This document shows positions 40,440-53,658 of a stretch of 64,000 bases of DNA, one piece after another. The stretch's first letter is position 1; each line of letters starts with the position of its first letter. Position numbers and translations under genes: made by a program. Origin of the DNA: Ancylonema sp. (Eukaryota); contig JBFLGF010000042.1 of assembly GCA_050230475.1 (NCBI GenBank), positions 1 through 64,000 of the forward strand. Reading direction: 5' to 3'. A model generated the notes under the pieces. That model made no database searches. It was not told the origin of the DNA and saw nothing but the letters and a program-made list of their open reading frames with translations.

Positions 40440-41137
40440 GTCGAGCGTCTTTGCAAACCGTTCTCAACTGGATCCGGATTTCGTTCAGTTGTGTATACTT
40501 TTTCGATAGAACTCCTAGTTCTGCACGGAAGTCGATGACGTAGTCTGTAGGGAGTGTTGGTATCTTACTCGCGTCCCTTGGGGTAATATTAGCCCCCATT
40601 GTTACTACAGTGTCAGTCGATGATGTTACTGCCGAGTTACAGTGTCCCCATGACACCCTGGTCCCGGCTTTGATGGCCACCCTTCGACAAAAACTATACA
40701 AAAGTGTTTGACTGTGCAAGCTCTGTACATGATCCATGGCGATGTCGAAAGAGGAGTGAGTGTTGTGCGTGAATTGCCCTTTGGGACACAGAAATTTCTC
40801 AAACCTCATGGCAATCACTCAAGGGCACAAACCTCAGACCTAAGACATCAGGGCACAATCCTCAGACCTCATACATCAGGGCACATATCCCAGGATTTTG
40901 CGAAGGTCGTGACCAGGGTGTCATGGGGACGCAATACCAGTGCACTCACATCATCGACTGACACTGTAGTAACAGTGGGGGCTAATATTATCCCGAGATA
41001 CCGACGCTCCAAACAGTCAACGTCATCGATGCCACCGACTGCGGTGTAGAACTAGGAATACTCTCGGGGAAGTCTCGGGGAGGTCTGAACGACATCCGGA
41101 TCCAGTGGAGGAGGGCTGGCAAAGACGGCTTTTCGAC
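40440..41137. repeat. Diverged inverted duplication, ~225-bp arms, ~247-bp spacer
   Basis: Arms 40440-40663 and 40911-41137, with perfectly complementary blocks GTCCCCATGACACCCTGGTC (20 bp) and TGTTACTACAGTGTCAGTCGATGATG (26 bp). Confidence 0.9.
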
Positions 41138-41560
41138 TCATCGGCTAGTCCCTGCGATAGACTAGCTACTATCCCGTGCATTGCGGAAGGGAGATCCGCC
41201 AGCACGCAAAGTCAGCACCCGGGTGCTGGCTCAGGTGTGAAGAGATCATTGGGCTCAGTGAGCCCAATCGGCCCACTTCGTCACCCTCAGCGACACTGCT
41301 CCCAGAATCACCCAGGCACAGTGGTGGGGCCCACTTGGCCAACGGGCACGCACCTCATGATCAAGTCCCACAGGTGGGCATGGTGGAAAAGGGAAGCCTG
41401 CTTCTCAGATACTACCATATCTGGAGCTTCGATGCTCGCTTACAGGCATTTTCTGGCGGCATAGCGTGATGATACGCCGTTGGCATTGTAACGAGATAGC
41501 AGCATGTGATTAATTGAGGTACGACTTTGAGGGAGTCCCGCTAGATTGTAGGTCACAATC

Positions 41561-43384
41561 ATGGCATCTCAGCAAAATACCAAAAACATTACGTCGAAAA
41601 AGCCGGCTGCTCGACCCGCCAAAAACGCACTGCCACACCTGCCAGCCCCGGTTGCTCGCCCACCAGATGTTGCCCGGACAGGCACTGCACCTCCACTGAA
41701 ACGAAAGCCTTTACCGAAGCAAGTTGAGATCCTGAGACGCGAGTCAGGTGCTGGAAACAGCGGTTGCGTTGTTGCTGGCGGCCCAGAGTGCAGCGACCGT
41801 GAATTCACAGGGACTGCTCGGAGCTGGCAGCAGGCAGAGGGATGGGATGAAGAGGAGGATATGGGGATGGAGGTGGAGGATGATGATCCGCTAAGGACGG
41901 CACAGGTGCTTGCAGAGGAGGAGGTTATTCGAAGGCGAATGAAGAGAGTGCGAAAGTAAGCTGGGGCGCAGAAAGCGGGACCTCTGTTTCAAAACAGAGG
42001 ACTAGGTTGCATGTAAAGGCGATGATACATGATGTTTTTTGTTGGCGAAAATTGCAAAAGGGGTGTCATTTCGACAATGTGTGACACAGCAAGTATCTGG
42101 TGGAATTACATGATCTTATTGAGTGGCCACAATGAGAAATATCATGCTGATCTTTCTCTATCAGGACGAAAAAACAAAGCTTGTTCAACTAGATTTAAAT
42201 TTGGCGGTTGGAATTGTCTGCCATTTCATGCAAACTCTATCGTCGGCGACATTCTCGTCATGAATTCAGACTATGGTGATCTTAAGCTGTCAAATTACAC
42301 ACCACCATTTACCTGCCTTTAAAAAAAAAAAAAAAAAAAAAGGATCACAAAAGAGGTGTTTATTTTCCTGCTTGACCGCTTGAAGCTGACCCCCCTCCTT
42401 TGCCACCAGGCTCATGAAGCTCTACCGTGAGCAATACTGGGCCCTTCTCGAAGAAATGCGTGCGAAATATCGCAAGTTTTACCTCCGCCAGGGGCGAGGT
42501 GGATGGCGAGAGAGTCCCGAACCCGAGGCTAGCCTTCCTTACTCCGGTCGGCAAGAGCCCCACGCCCCCGACAAGCCCGCCAACGCCACTCTACATTGCG
42601 CCGCCCCTGGACCCTGCCTCGCAAAACCCCTCGCCCTCTCAGTCTTCTGCCTCAATCACATCCTTCTAGAGCCACGCCAGAAGTTGTACAAACCGTGCAT
42701 ATATGTGGAGAGAAGGTGAGTTGACAAACAGGTTTCTCAAATGAGGCTTACATTCTCTGCGGGTCCCTTCAGTGGCTCTGAAATCCTTTTATCACATTCA
42801 TCAAAGTCATGAAGCTAGTTCAGGCTTCATTTCTGCTTTAGTGCGTGTTCTGTCCGGCTGTATCAAGCAGCAAGGTTGGCACGTGTATGGTGCCCTTATA
42901 TCGGATTCCGGGTCCCCGCAGTTCCGTTTCCAGCACCGGGGGTCCCTGTGGGCGCCCCGTCATCTGCGCAGTCTCCCCCCTGCTCTGTCCCGCCCACATC
43001 CACGAGAGCGAGCGGCAAGTGCAGAGGGCGAAGAAGCGGAGCGGGGCGGCGCCAGGTGGCACTGCTGCCGCCGCCCGAGACCCGCCGCAGGGCGCGACGA
43101 AGCAGGGGCCGAAAGTTCACCTCATTTTCGCCGAGTACTGCAAGGCCATTCAGAGGAAGCGAAAGGCACTGCTGGCGGCAGAAAGAGCCGTGGCAAAAGT
43201 GGTAAAAGTGGCAGGAAAGCGGGGTGCTGCGGAAACGACTCAGGTGGCAGAAGTATACGCAGAAGCAGAGGCTGGGGTGGGCAGAGAAGAAGCGAATGGA
43301 GCTGCTGGGGAAGGTACGATTTCACTGTTGCATTCGGCAGTGGTACAGAATGGGAGTGGAAAAAAGGACAAAAGAAGGCAATAG
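41561..43384 (+). CDS. INO80 complex subunit D-like / KANSL2-like protein (zf-C3Hc3H)
   Basis: Three exons (~41561-41955, 42410-42715, ~42933-43384): EEVIRRRMKRVRKLMKLYREQYWALLEEMR, C..PCLAKPLALSVFCLNHILLEPRQKLYKPC, CGRPVI..PLLCPAH, KVHLIFAEYCKAIQRKR. Confidence 0.85.
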
Positions 43385-44337
43385 GAGTGGAGGATCTTTG
43401 GTAGGATAATAGGATCCATAACTATGCCAAGTGCTGTGGTTGTATGGACGATTGGCTACGTCTCTAGGATGGCCTGTGTTCACACAACGTGTGAGAAGTA
43501 CAACGAGCTGAACCAGAATATATGTTTCTTGCACTAACTGCGGCAATCACCTCGGGTAGCCTGGGAGCATGTGTGTCCTCCGAGACAGCAGTACAGCCAG
43601 TGAGTCGATGGCAGGAATAAGAGTAGGAGGTGCTGGAGGGATGAAAGAGTTTGGGTTGTAGATAACCTTGGTGTGATTGCTTCTGTGCCATTTGGTATGC
43701 AGGAATCCTAGCGGCGATTGCTCCGGTGGTAACTTCGATCCAACCAAGCGTGAAGGAGCAGGAGGTGCGACCAATTACAGCCAACCTTGTAGATGTAATT
43801 CCTCCTTCTGCAGTACTAATTGCAGCAACTCCAGGGTAGGGAGGCAGAGGTTTTGGCGGAGTAGCCTGCTGATTTTTCATAGCCTTTTTTATATGTTAAT
43901 ATCTATGTTGTTTAACGTCTACGGCCCGCTAGTGGCTTCTGTCAAAGCGGAATCCGAGCAGTGTACATATGTAGTTTTGCGTGTATGCAAAATTGTTATA
44001 TTAGCAAGGTCTTACTATCTTAATAAATCGCCGCATTGCGTCCACTCTCGTCGAATGCATGATGGGCAGCACACATGGAGTGTGCTGGTCTCCCAATTTG
44101 GGAAGTTCTTTGCTGGGCTTTCTGACCATAGCCGCCTGCCGACGAGGCTATACGTCATGTGGCTTATTGAGAGCATTCAATGAAGGGTTACTGTGCATTT
44201 TGTGTTCCACAAGGGTTCTTTTGTGGTTGCAAGAAAAAATCGCCCCACGTGACCATTGATGTCTACAACAGACTAGTTCAAAAAGGTCTTATTGTAACGT
44301 GATGCAGTACTGGAAATAGGCGTCCTACATTAATTTT

Positions 44338-44580
44338 CATAATTGCGACCCGGACACGAGTATCTCGGACGCGTCCGAAACTCGTCCGGCCCCGTGCGGA
44401 CGCGTCCTGAGATCCCCGGCCCCGGATGCATCTTGGACGCGTCCTGAGATCCCCAACCGGTCGGGGACGCGACTAAGACGCAACAAAAATAAAAAAGGTT
44501 TCCATTCTGAAGTTACACAAATCTGGGATATCAGATTTTGCATATCAGATTTTGGCTGTGGCGTCCGGGACACAACTATG
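44338..44580 (-). mobile_element. hAT-type MITE, inverted copy of 54144-54384
   Basis: Ends CATAATTGCG / CACAACTATG; internal sequence is the reverse complement of the 54144 copy. TSD not evident. Confidence 0.8.
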
Positions 44581-45044
44581 CTGAAGAATCTTTGTAGATC
44601 GAGCAAATTGCACAAAAAGGATACGGGATAAGGAAAGATAAGTATAAGGATACCGTTTTTATTGATTTCATGAACTTCTGCGCCAACCTACTCTGCCAAC
44701 ATGAGACTGGACCCTGTATACACTCCATGCACAAAAAATATAAAATATACATGATAAGCAACAATGATAAGGAGGATCGGCATAAAGAATTTCAAATATC
44801 CACAGAGTTCATTTACAAATACTCTGCCAAGCTAAAATCATTAATTCTAAAGCAAACTACAACCACACATATCATACATTTGGCTAAAATTGACGTTTGG
44901 AGCCCACCTCTACCATAAGTCCCACTCATAATCGGGTCCTTATCGAAGTTTCTCCTTTCCTATTCAAAAGACTTCAATGCGTGTTTAAATTTCTTCTCAT
45001 GATCTGAAATCTCTCGACCAAATTGGGGCTACCAATACTTCCAA

Positions 45045-47614
45045 TCACAGAGGTAGCACATGGCAGTCAATGACTTGCTCGTCTGGAAATGCTACCCCGG
45101 AAGAAATGCGTCTCTCCTCTATAATCCGCATCCCACCCCCAACCTTGGGGTCGCTTGTGTAGCCACAGCGCACCTTGTGCACCCCCGAACTGTAGTCTAT
45201 GAAGTAAAGAGATCCACAAATGAAGCTCAAGCAAGCGATTTTATTGGGGCGTAGCGGAACGGAAAATTGGTTCCATGGTGGGAATTGCCTCCAATCCTCT
45301 TCCTGCTCGTCCCAAACCTGAATCACGCAAACAAAGCAGAAGGAAAGCGGGGGGCGAAACTTCAATCTCACTTCCAGAATCTCCCGTTTCAAATAACCAT
45401 ATCAGCATGTGTTGAGAATTAACTAAGGGCACAACGCGGTTGGAGGTCTTTCACCCCTCAAACCTGTGCTGAGATGCTCCAGCTGTCAGTCAAGCTTACC
45501 CTTAGTGTATGTCATGTATGTACTAATTCTACCATAAGTAATCTACGTAGCTTATGCCAGCCGGCAGTATTTTCCATAGAACCACTGGATGGTGCGAAGA
45601 TGCATTATATTGCAACAACTTAATGTCACCTTTCACATATGTAATCGTATAGAACTACCAACTTTTTTACTTACCCTCAGTCTCTGTTGCCCCCCCTTTT
45701 CATAGAGGCACACTAGGCGACCATCAGTTGCCGTAAAATTTGCAGCGACCAAGTCAATATCCACCCGCTTCATCCACCTCCACGCCTGCGTCAAGGTATC
45801 AAACACAAGGCCGACCTGCAAAACGAGGAGAACCGCACAAGCAACAACAATACTATTATCATGCGCTCCCTAAACACCGAACTCTCTATGTCTCATCTTC
45901 CCATCATATACAATTGAACACACCCTCTAGTTACACCTCAACAGCCCTGACTGACCTGACCTACCCGCTCTTCCTGCGTCAGCAACCCCGTGACGTACAG
46001 CAGATGCTTGTGAGATACGCCAAGCGCAAAAAGCGGAGGCTCAGGCATGCAGGGCCCCTCCTGCCACCTGTCCAGTCTGGGATCGTACACCTCCATGCTG
46101 CTCAACAATTCGTCCCTCGACAGATGCGGCCGGGTCAGACCTCCCGTCACATAGAGGACCCCTTTCACTGTGGTGCACACGTGATAGCAGCGACCAGTGA
46201 GCATGTCCGTCTTCCGCCTCCATTTGTTTGTGCGTGGGTCGTAGCAATACACCGCTTTGGAAGCTGGTCCGCCCTCCGGCCAGCCACCGACGACGTAGAG
46301 CTTTCCGCCCAAAGTTGCACATCCGAGTCCCCGAATCTGTGGAGAAGAAAGGTGGCCCTCGGAATTTGAGTGTGGGTAGAGGATGCGGGTTGGGAGTTGA
46401 CGGGGGGGATATGAGTTCTGGGTGGAGTATAGTGGAGATGGAGAAACAAACCAGCATGCTGGGGTTGCAGGAACCGTACACTTCAGGCGCTGGACGCTAG
46501 AGATTGGGAATGGGACAGAGTCCCAGCGTGAAATTGTGACTGTCTTTATTCAAAGCAATGTCTGGTTCTCAGAGAAGAAAAGTGCAGAGTCTGTTGTAAC
46601 AGAGACTAATTCATGTTTAGTCACCTGACAATGTATAAACACGCATTGTCGTTCAATTACAATGAACCTTCTTCCAACAAGATGAAATGGCTGCATTCTA
46701 TGTCTACGCAGGGTTTGACTATTAAGGTTGAGCTGACCTTCAATTTCCCACCATTATCATGTGGCATGATCGGCAACGTCTGCCATTGCTCGGATGAGGG
46801 ATCGAATGCCCGAACTGTGTTGTAGAAATGTTTGTCTCTGCTCCTCACATACAACCAGCCCTCAGCCACCAAGTCTTTGGTGCGGCGCTCATAAAATGTG
46901 TTTGACAACACAACGGACCGCCACCTTTTCGACACAGCTCTGGCCGCCTACGCAGAAGGTGTGAAGTCGGAAAGTGTAACATGAGATCTCACAAGGCATC
47001 ATAGTGAATATTTAAGGGCGATTTGGACCGCCTTGCTGACCATGTCCTTGACATGTAGGCAATCCCGAAGGAAGATGCAAAACTTTGAAGAGGCTTCGAA
47101 TATGTTTTTTTAACTTGCATACGGCAGGTATAATCCTGTTTCGCGGTCTAGCATAATTCCTAGACAATATCATATCCATCTGTTTTTGTATGTAGGGAAT
47201 ACGCCAAATTAATGACAAAATGAGGCATTGATGCATGTTAGATGGAAAGGAGTACATCGGGAAACGGATATCACAGACATGGGAATTCAGAATAAAATAA
47301 AAAAGAGCAGAAGCGTTTCACGATTACTGCCAAGAGGAGGCCACTCCAGACCGAAGGCTGGCAGATAGTTGCATACAAACAGCGCATCCAGGACTCAGAC
47401 TTGTTCATTTCTGGAAGTGTGCATGTGAGATTGAACTCAAAGACTACACAGACAATGCACGAAGATTACACCTGCATCTGCCACAAATCAAATGCTTGTC
47501 CGGCATTACCTTCAAGCTGCTGCGTCCTAGTCTCAGCAAACACTGGTATGCTAAATCATCGTGAAGGCCAGGAATCAGCGAGAAAACATCCTCCTCGGAT
47601 TCACAAATTGTCAT
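45045..47614 (-). CDS. F-box/kelch-repeat protein, multi-exon
   Basis: F-box SLIPGLHDDLAYQCLLRL..RAVSKRWR and kelch repeats GKLYVVGG..YDPRTNKW, GVLYVTGG..EVYDPRLDRW. Start codon tentative. Confidence 0.85.
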
Positions 47615-48463
47615 GACGAGATTGAGCCTCCTCAATCGACGACTTTGAAATGTTTATAAACTGTTGTTACACGAATGGAATTTCTGAAGTTTTCTTCAAT
47701 AGATTTTCCGGACGCTGCTTTTTCAGCATATACATGTGATACACTCAAAGGTCGCATCCTTGCGGGAATCTGGTGAAGAACATATGAACACAGGTGGGGA
47801 CGATACTCCCAGTCGCCAAATCACTCGGAGTATTACTCGGAGTCAGTGAGTAACTTGTGAGGATATCAGAAGGTACATACATGGAGCATGGCGCAATGAC
47901 CTCTGCATCTCAAGGAATTTCTATGGCACCATGGAGTTGAGATTCTCGATGTGGCGTGATAATGTGGACTCCACGTCATACAAATCGTCAGACCAATCAC
48001 AAGAATGTACACAGTTTGTGCAGAAGACTCTCGATACAGTCACGTGTATACGGACGGAGCGTCCGTAGAAGAACTCTTCCCCATGGACTCCGCACAACTA
48101 CGCTGTCACAGCACTACTGTGCGCTGAACTGCATTCTCTGCCCCTCCACCGCTGCGATCGCTGACACCGTCGCATGTGATGGGTGTCGCTAAAGGAGACA
48201 GAGCGGTCTCTCAGCAGCGCCGAAAGGTCTGCTTGGTAGGGAAGTCTGTAGCAGACTTCTCTTCGCATTAAACGAGGCACATACATCTGAGCTGAAATGG
48301 TGTTCCTGGTCCTCTGGTGACGAAATGATAGGAGTCTGCGACGCTTCACGTAGTACAGAAAGAACCAAGAAATAATTATTTCATTGCGCGGTCTCAGCGC
48401 ATAAGAGTTGGCAGGCAGGCTCTGTAGCTTGCCACCTCTCCTGTAGGAGACGCTGTATTTATC

Positions 48464-51400
48464 ATGCGTTCCAGAGCATTGGATAAGAGGAGTTCAACTC
48501 GGAGTTTTCCGCCGGCTTTACTCTTCTGTCTTTTATCTTGTAAGGAAGATATTTCATATTGTACCTGAAACACTTCATCAACCGACCCCCGACCTGCACT
48601 GACAGTGCAGGTTCTTAATTGCCATCTACTCAAGAAAATAGCCCATTGTTTGAAGTTCAGAGCTGGCATTGCAGCGACTCGTGCAAGTCTTCTGTTCTGT
48701 ACTTGAGTTGCGTCAAGGCTGGATGTCGTTCAGGGGAGCCTGTTTACATTCACATATTCACCCGTTTTAGCGCTTGCTACAGAGTAGTAGCATCAGCAGT
48801 AGATATAACGAAGTTCGGTGAAGCACACGTTCGCCCTCTCGCCCTCGAAGAAGCTGGAAGACCAGCTGAACCAGCCCCACTGAATGTTGACGCAGATGTA
48901 GGGAATCGGGAAGCAGTTGCTGAACCCTATGAGAACTGCGCTGTCGCTGTCAAGGCATGGTGGAGCCGAGAAATGGAAGTCATCGCAAGTGGAGACAAGC
49001 AATGGCAAGAGACACCTGAGCTCAAGACTCTCCTCTTCTTCCTCCACATACCTAGAACAGGCGGCCGTACGTACCACCAGTGGTGAGTCACTGCAATGTG
49101 CTGCATTGCTATAGGGGGCAGCAGGTCCCCGCTCTGGTCACTAAGGCTCAATCTTAAGAAGTCCGCAGGTCGGACAACACATATATTTTCGAAGGATTCA
49201 GGTAGTGGTTTTTTATTATTTAAAAAATTGTGATGCTTGCCTCAGTAATTGACAATAGGTCGCGTTCCCATTGAATTTTCACACAAATCACCAACCCTCT
49301 ACACATATTTCTGCCCTCTCTCCTTTGTTACTCGTTGATCCACTCACTGTGACTCCCCATTCCAAAGTGATCTTTTATCCTTCCATCTGTCCCCATCGTC
49401 CTCCTCGGCAGCTTCCTGAAAGCTCTCTATCCACCCAACCAGAGGTGCCCGAGATCCTACGACACACTCAGACTGGATCCTGCGTAAGATTCCGCCACCT
49501 GTCCTTCAGTCTTCCACGTAGACATCGCCAACTCGAAGTTCATGTGCCCCTGTCCTGTGCCCTCCCCCTCCAGAAGTAGACCACCGATATGAATGTTGAA
49601 GTGGTCTGTCAGGGTCCCACGCCCAGAAATCGGACACGGATAGCACGTCACATGTTAACAAACAAACTGCTGTTCACAGCCAGCTGCTTGAAGACTATGA
49701 CAATCTTTCTTGTAGGAGACAACCTGCTGGGAGACTTGCCCTCGTAGACTTATTTATTGCACACGGATCAAGTGGCAGACTCACAAACATTGAATATTAT
49801 ATTTATTTGAATATTTGTACAGTAAAACCTGTCTAAAGGAATACTGTCGGGACCGGGAAATAATATTCCTTAAGACAGGTTATTCATTTAGACAGAGACG
49901 GTTCCTAACAAATCCGGTTTTGGGACCGGATTTTTTTATTTCTTTAGAGACGTTATTCTTTTAGACAGTATTCCTTTAGACAGGTTTCACTGTATTTATA
50001 TTTATTTATTTATTATATTTTTTATATTTTTTATATTTTTTTATATTTTTTATTCATTTTTTTAATATTTATTTGCACCTCCAGAGGTTCACATGGTAAG
50101 GCCTGAATAGAGAGTGAATGATAAACGAATGTCAGCATCCATAATGGCATGAACTACAAAACTCACTACAATACAAAAACTGCACATCTCGACTCCCCGA
50201 AACCGCCTCAATTTCCGAAGCCTCAAACCGTCTGTCATATCGCCCTCCTGCCCCTCACAGCCCCCACCCCCCCACCCCCACCACCCAACCCCCACCCTCC
50301 AACCCCCACCCCCCCCCCTCACAGAAACCCCTCCTGTCGCCTCCTTTCCACCCACGACGACTACAGCCTGATGACCAAGCTCCCCGGCAGCGCCACGTCG
50401 GTGGTGACCAACGTGAGGGACCCTGCGGACCGCTTGATGAGCGCGTATGAGTTCATGATCGAGATCTCCGCGCGTACGCTGAGGACCACCGCCCCGGATC
50501 AGCAGGTGAGCAGGCAGGGGCTAGTGGAGGCGCGGAGGAAGGCCACTGATAAGAGGAGGACGGAGACCAGGAATGTGTGGCCCTGGTCGTACCTGGTGCC
50601 CATGATGGAGGACGACCTGTGGGAGAGGGTGAGGGGGGGGGAACCTTGATCAGGGTCCTGGGATTTTTTTTGGGGGTATTTTGGGGCCTCCTGCCGCTTC
50701 CTGTTCGTTGCCACCACAGAAACAATGCATTCTTGTCCCTCCATTCAGGCACCTCTCACCTCTCACCTCTCACCTCTCACCTTCGGCCTGTCATTGCCAA
50801 GTGTTGTGTTCGTACCCAAGACGGTGTTGAGGTGTGGCTCTCTCTTCCGCAGAGGGAGGTATCAGGCGCGTCAGAAGGGAGGGCGAGGTACGGTCCCGAC
50901 CGCGGCCCCTTTGACACCCCTCGTGTCACCATGCCGCTGCGCGACTTCGCTAACCACCCGCTGGTGAAGGACCTCATACACAACGGGGGGACCTTGCAGG
51001 TGGGGGGAACACAGGGGGGGACCACAGGGGGGGGGAGGGGGGGGGTATCCAGATGCACCCTGGGTCGCCCTGGGTCACCCTCATCCTCAGCACTCGGGTT
51101 TTTGTGGTTTGTTTTTGTGTGTTTAGGTGGCGGGTTTGACCAACAACTCGTGTCTGCCGGAGGCCACCTTTCTGCGGCACTGCGTGTTTGAGCACAGGGA
51201 TCTTGGGAAACAAGTACTGGAGGTGGCCAAGGTAGGGAACACCAACACCCTGTACCCTGTACCCTGTACCCTATTCCCTATATCCTATATCCTGTATCCT
51301 GTATCCTGTACCCTGTACCCTGTTCCCTATATCCTGTATCCTGTATCCTGTATCCTGTATCCTGTATCCTGTACCCTGTATCCTGTATCCTGTATCCTGT

Positions 51401-53658
51401 ATCCAGTATCCTGTACATGTGGTCTCTGACCTGTGGTCTGTAATCTGTGTTCTGTGTTCTGTGGTCTGCAGGCTCGTTTGGATTTGATGTTGTATGTTGG
51501 GCTCACGGAGCGTCACAAGGACAGCGCCAAACTGTTTGCCACCGTCATCAACCGACCACTCAACAGAGCCGCACACACATTGCAACGTGAGCACACCCAC
51601 CCGCAAAACCCATCTTATCGGGTACTGGGGGCTCTTGGGCTCATGGGTGGGTTGGGTTGGTGTGTGGTTCAGTCCATCCGATGCATAAGGGCGTGGTTCC
51701 TACCAGAGAAAGGGCGGAAGCCATTGCTCGGGCTCATCTGGAGCAGTCCAGTATCGACCCCCAACCAGGGAGCAGGAGGAGGCTGCACTTCCTTAATCCG
51801 TGGAGGGAGGAGGGGGAAAGGGGGAGGGGTTGGGAGGGGAGGGGGGGTGGGAAGCGGGGTAGGGGGTTGGTACACGTGTGGGAGGATGCTGCAGTGAGGA
51901 GGAGGAAGTTGATGTCAGTGCCTCCAATGAATCCCACCAAGAAACGGGAGGCCATTGATCGGCTGCTGAACAAGACCAGGACGGAACAGGGGGCACAGGT
52001 AGGGGATGGAGGGGGGGGGGGGGGGGGGACAGGAGTGGGGTGGGGGAGGGAGGTAGCAAGGGGGGGGGATGTAAGGTTGGTGTCAGCTTCCGTGTAGGTA
52101 AAGAAGAGGGTTTCAATCTGGACGACTGATGCCTTTGTCTGCAACAGGAGAATGCGACCACTGGGCGCAATATAAGGAGCAAATTGTTCGCCAAGTCAGA
52201 TGAAATGTGTGAAGGAAGTACGGAGATAGGACTCATATTCGAGGCCTGTGTCAACAAACGCACCCCAATCAATTAATATGGATACTGATCATGATGATGA
52301 TGATGATGGTGATGGTGATGATGATGACGATGATGGTGATGATGATGATGATGATGACGATGATGATAATGATGATGATGATGATGATGATGATGACGAT
52401 GATGATGATGACGATGATGATGAGAAAAGTAGTTCTCCCCCCCCGCAGGCTACAGGCACGAGTCTTCTCACTCACTACCTGCGCTGTGTGGAGCATCAGC
52501 GCACCAAGTACGTGGCACGTCGCGACCAGTCTCTGCGCTCCATCTCCCCTATCACCTTCAGTAAGGAGCTGCGCCAGAGTGTGCCCCCTGCCCTCCTGGC
52601 AGAGGTGCGGAGGATGAGCTGGATGGACATGGAGCTGCTGGAGTACGGGAGGAAGCTGTTCGCTAGACAACAGGTGAGGGGGGAAACAGGGGCGAGAGGA
52701 CTAAGTACTTAGAATGATAGCTTCCTAGAAAGCATGTGGAAGTGTATCTGGTAGGATGTACATGCCTGTTTATATTCCACCCAGTGACGTCCACCGGCGG
52801 AACGCGGGCGGGAATATCCACCTGGAGAGCGGATATAGAGCTTTTTCCGGGTTCTGGTATTTTCAGTTTTGAAAACTCCACATTAAACGAAATAAAATAA
52901 TCATATAATAAAACATAATTATTAATATTAACTAATAATAATTAATATTTCTTGAAATCCCGAAATTCAGCCCGCCTCTCAGTGGGCGGCCAGGTGTCAC
53001 CCGCTGGCGGAACCGTCTGCGGGTTTATCTATGGTTGTATATGGTATGATGTACAGCGTACATTGTCCATGGTATTTGTTTCTCAACTTGAAATGCCCTC
53101 CTCAGGTGCATGTATGAGCGTTGGAATTTCTCTTTTGGGGGGCAAGATATAAGGTCTGAGTTTCCCCCTCGTATGAGCCCGTAGTCTCATGTTCAACTGA
53201 ACTCGGTTCCATGCCTTTCGTGTCAGGCTCAGTACAAAGACAAGCTGGACGCCCTGCCAGATGAGCCCAAGGCGCAAAGTGGGCCTTCGGTAAAGGAAAT
53301 CGTGGCTCAGCAGCAGGCGTTCTTGGCCAAAGCCAAGGGGGTGCTACAATCTACCCCTACTCTGCCACAGGTTGGGGGAACCAAGGGCTCAGAGGGTGGT
53401 GGTAATGGGGCAGGGAATAGAGATCGAGAGCTGGGACCAGTGGAAGAGGGGGGAGGGGGATCCGGTGGGGAGAAAGTAGAGGGGCGCCTTGGGGTGGGGG
53501 TGGAGGCTGGGGGGGTCGGGGAGAGCAGGGTAAGACAAGAGAAGTGGGGTTGGGGCAAGTATCAATGGGCGACAGGGGTGATAGTGGGAGTAGTCACTTG
53601 TTTTGGGTGTGTGATAGCGGCTTTGAGGAGGAGAGGGAGAAGGAGAAAAGGAATCTGA
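48464..53658 (+). CDS. TPST: Plant-type protein-tyrosine sulfotransferase, multi-exon
   Basis: LFFLHIPRTGGRTY, CPRSYD, CRLLSTHDDYSLMTKLP, RDPADRLMSAYEF, WPWSYLVP, DLIHNGGTLQVAGLTNNS, LDLMLYVGLTE match Arabidopsis TPST as recalled. C-terminal TM plus basic tail. First (signal-peptide) exon at 48464 is tentative. Confidence 0.9.
49820..49992. mobile_element. TA-flanked Tc1/mariner-type MITE in a TPST intron
   Basis: TA|CAGTAAAACCTGTCTAAAGGAATACTGTC ... GACAGTATTCCTTTAGACAGGTTTCACTG|TA. Confidence 0.9.
51248..51415 (+). repeat. Intronic 7-mer tandem repeat (TAYCCTG)n
   Basis: Directly visible tandem array in a TPST intron. Confidence 0.9.
52291..52423 (+). repeat. (GAT)n microsatellite
   Basis: Directly visible; lies just upstream of a TPST splice acceptor. 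Confidence 0.95.
52752..53033 (-). mobile_element. Degenerate copy of the 39310-39685 hAT MITE in a TPST intron
   Basis: Ends ..gatgtacatgcc / cgggtttatctatg and internal ttcttgaaatcccgaaattcagc match the reverse complement of the 39310 copy. Confidence 0.7.

Noticed and set aside
43464..44260. ORFs downstream of the INO80D-like gene
   Set aside because: No recognisable domain or splice pattern; likely 3' UTR or intergenic.
51248..51415. (TAYCCTG)n as telomeric or CRISPR-like array
   Set aside because: Spacer-free 7-mer microsatellite inside an intron; not TTTAGGG/TTAGGG. No CRISPR-like repeat-spacer array was seen in the window.
52269..52670. Poly-Ile, poly-Met and poly-Ser ORFs
   Set aside because: Alternative frames of the (GAT)n repeat.
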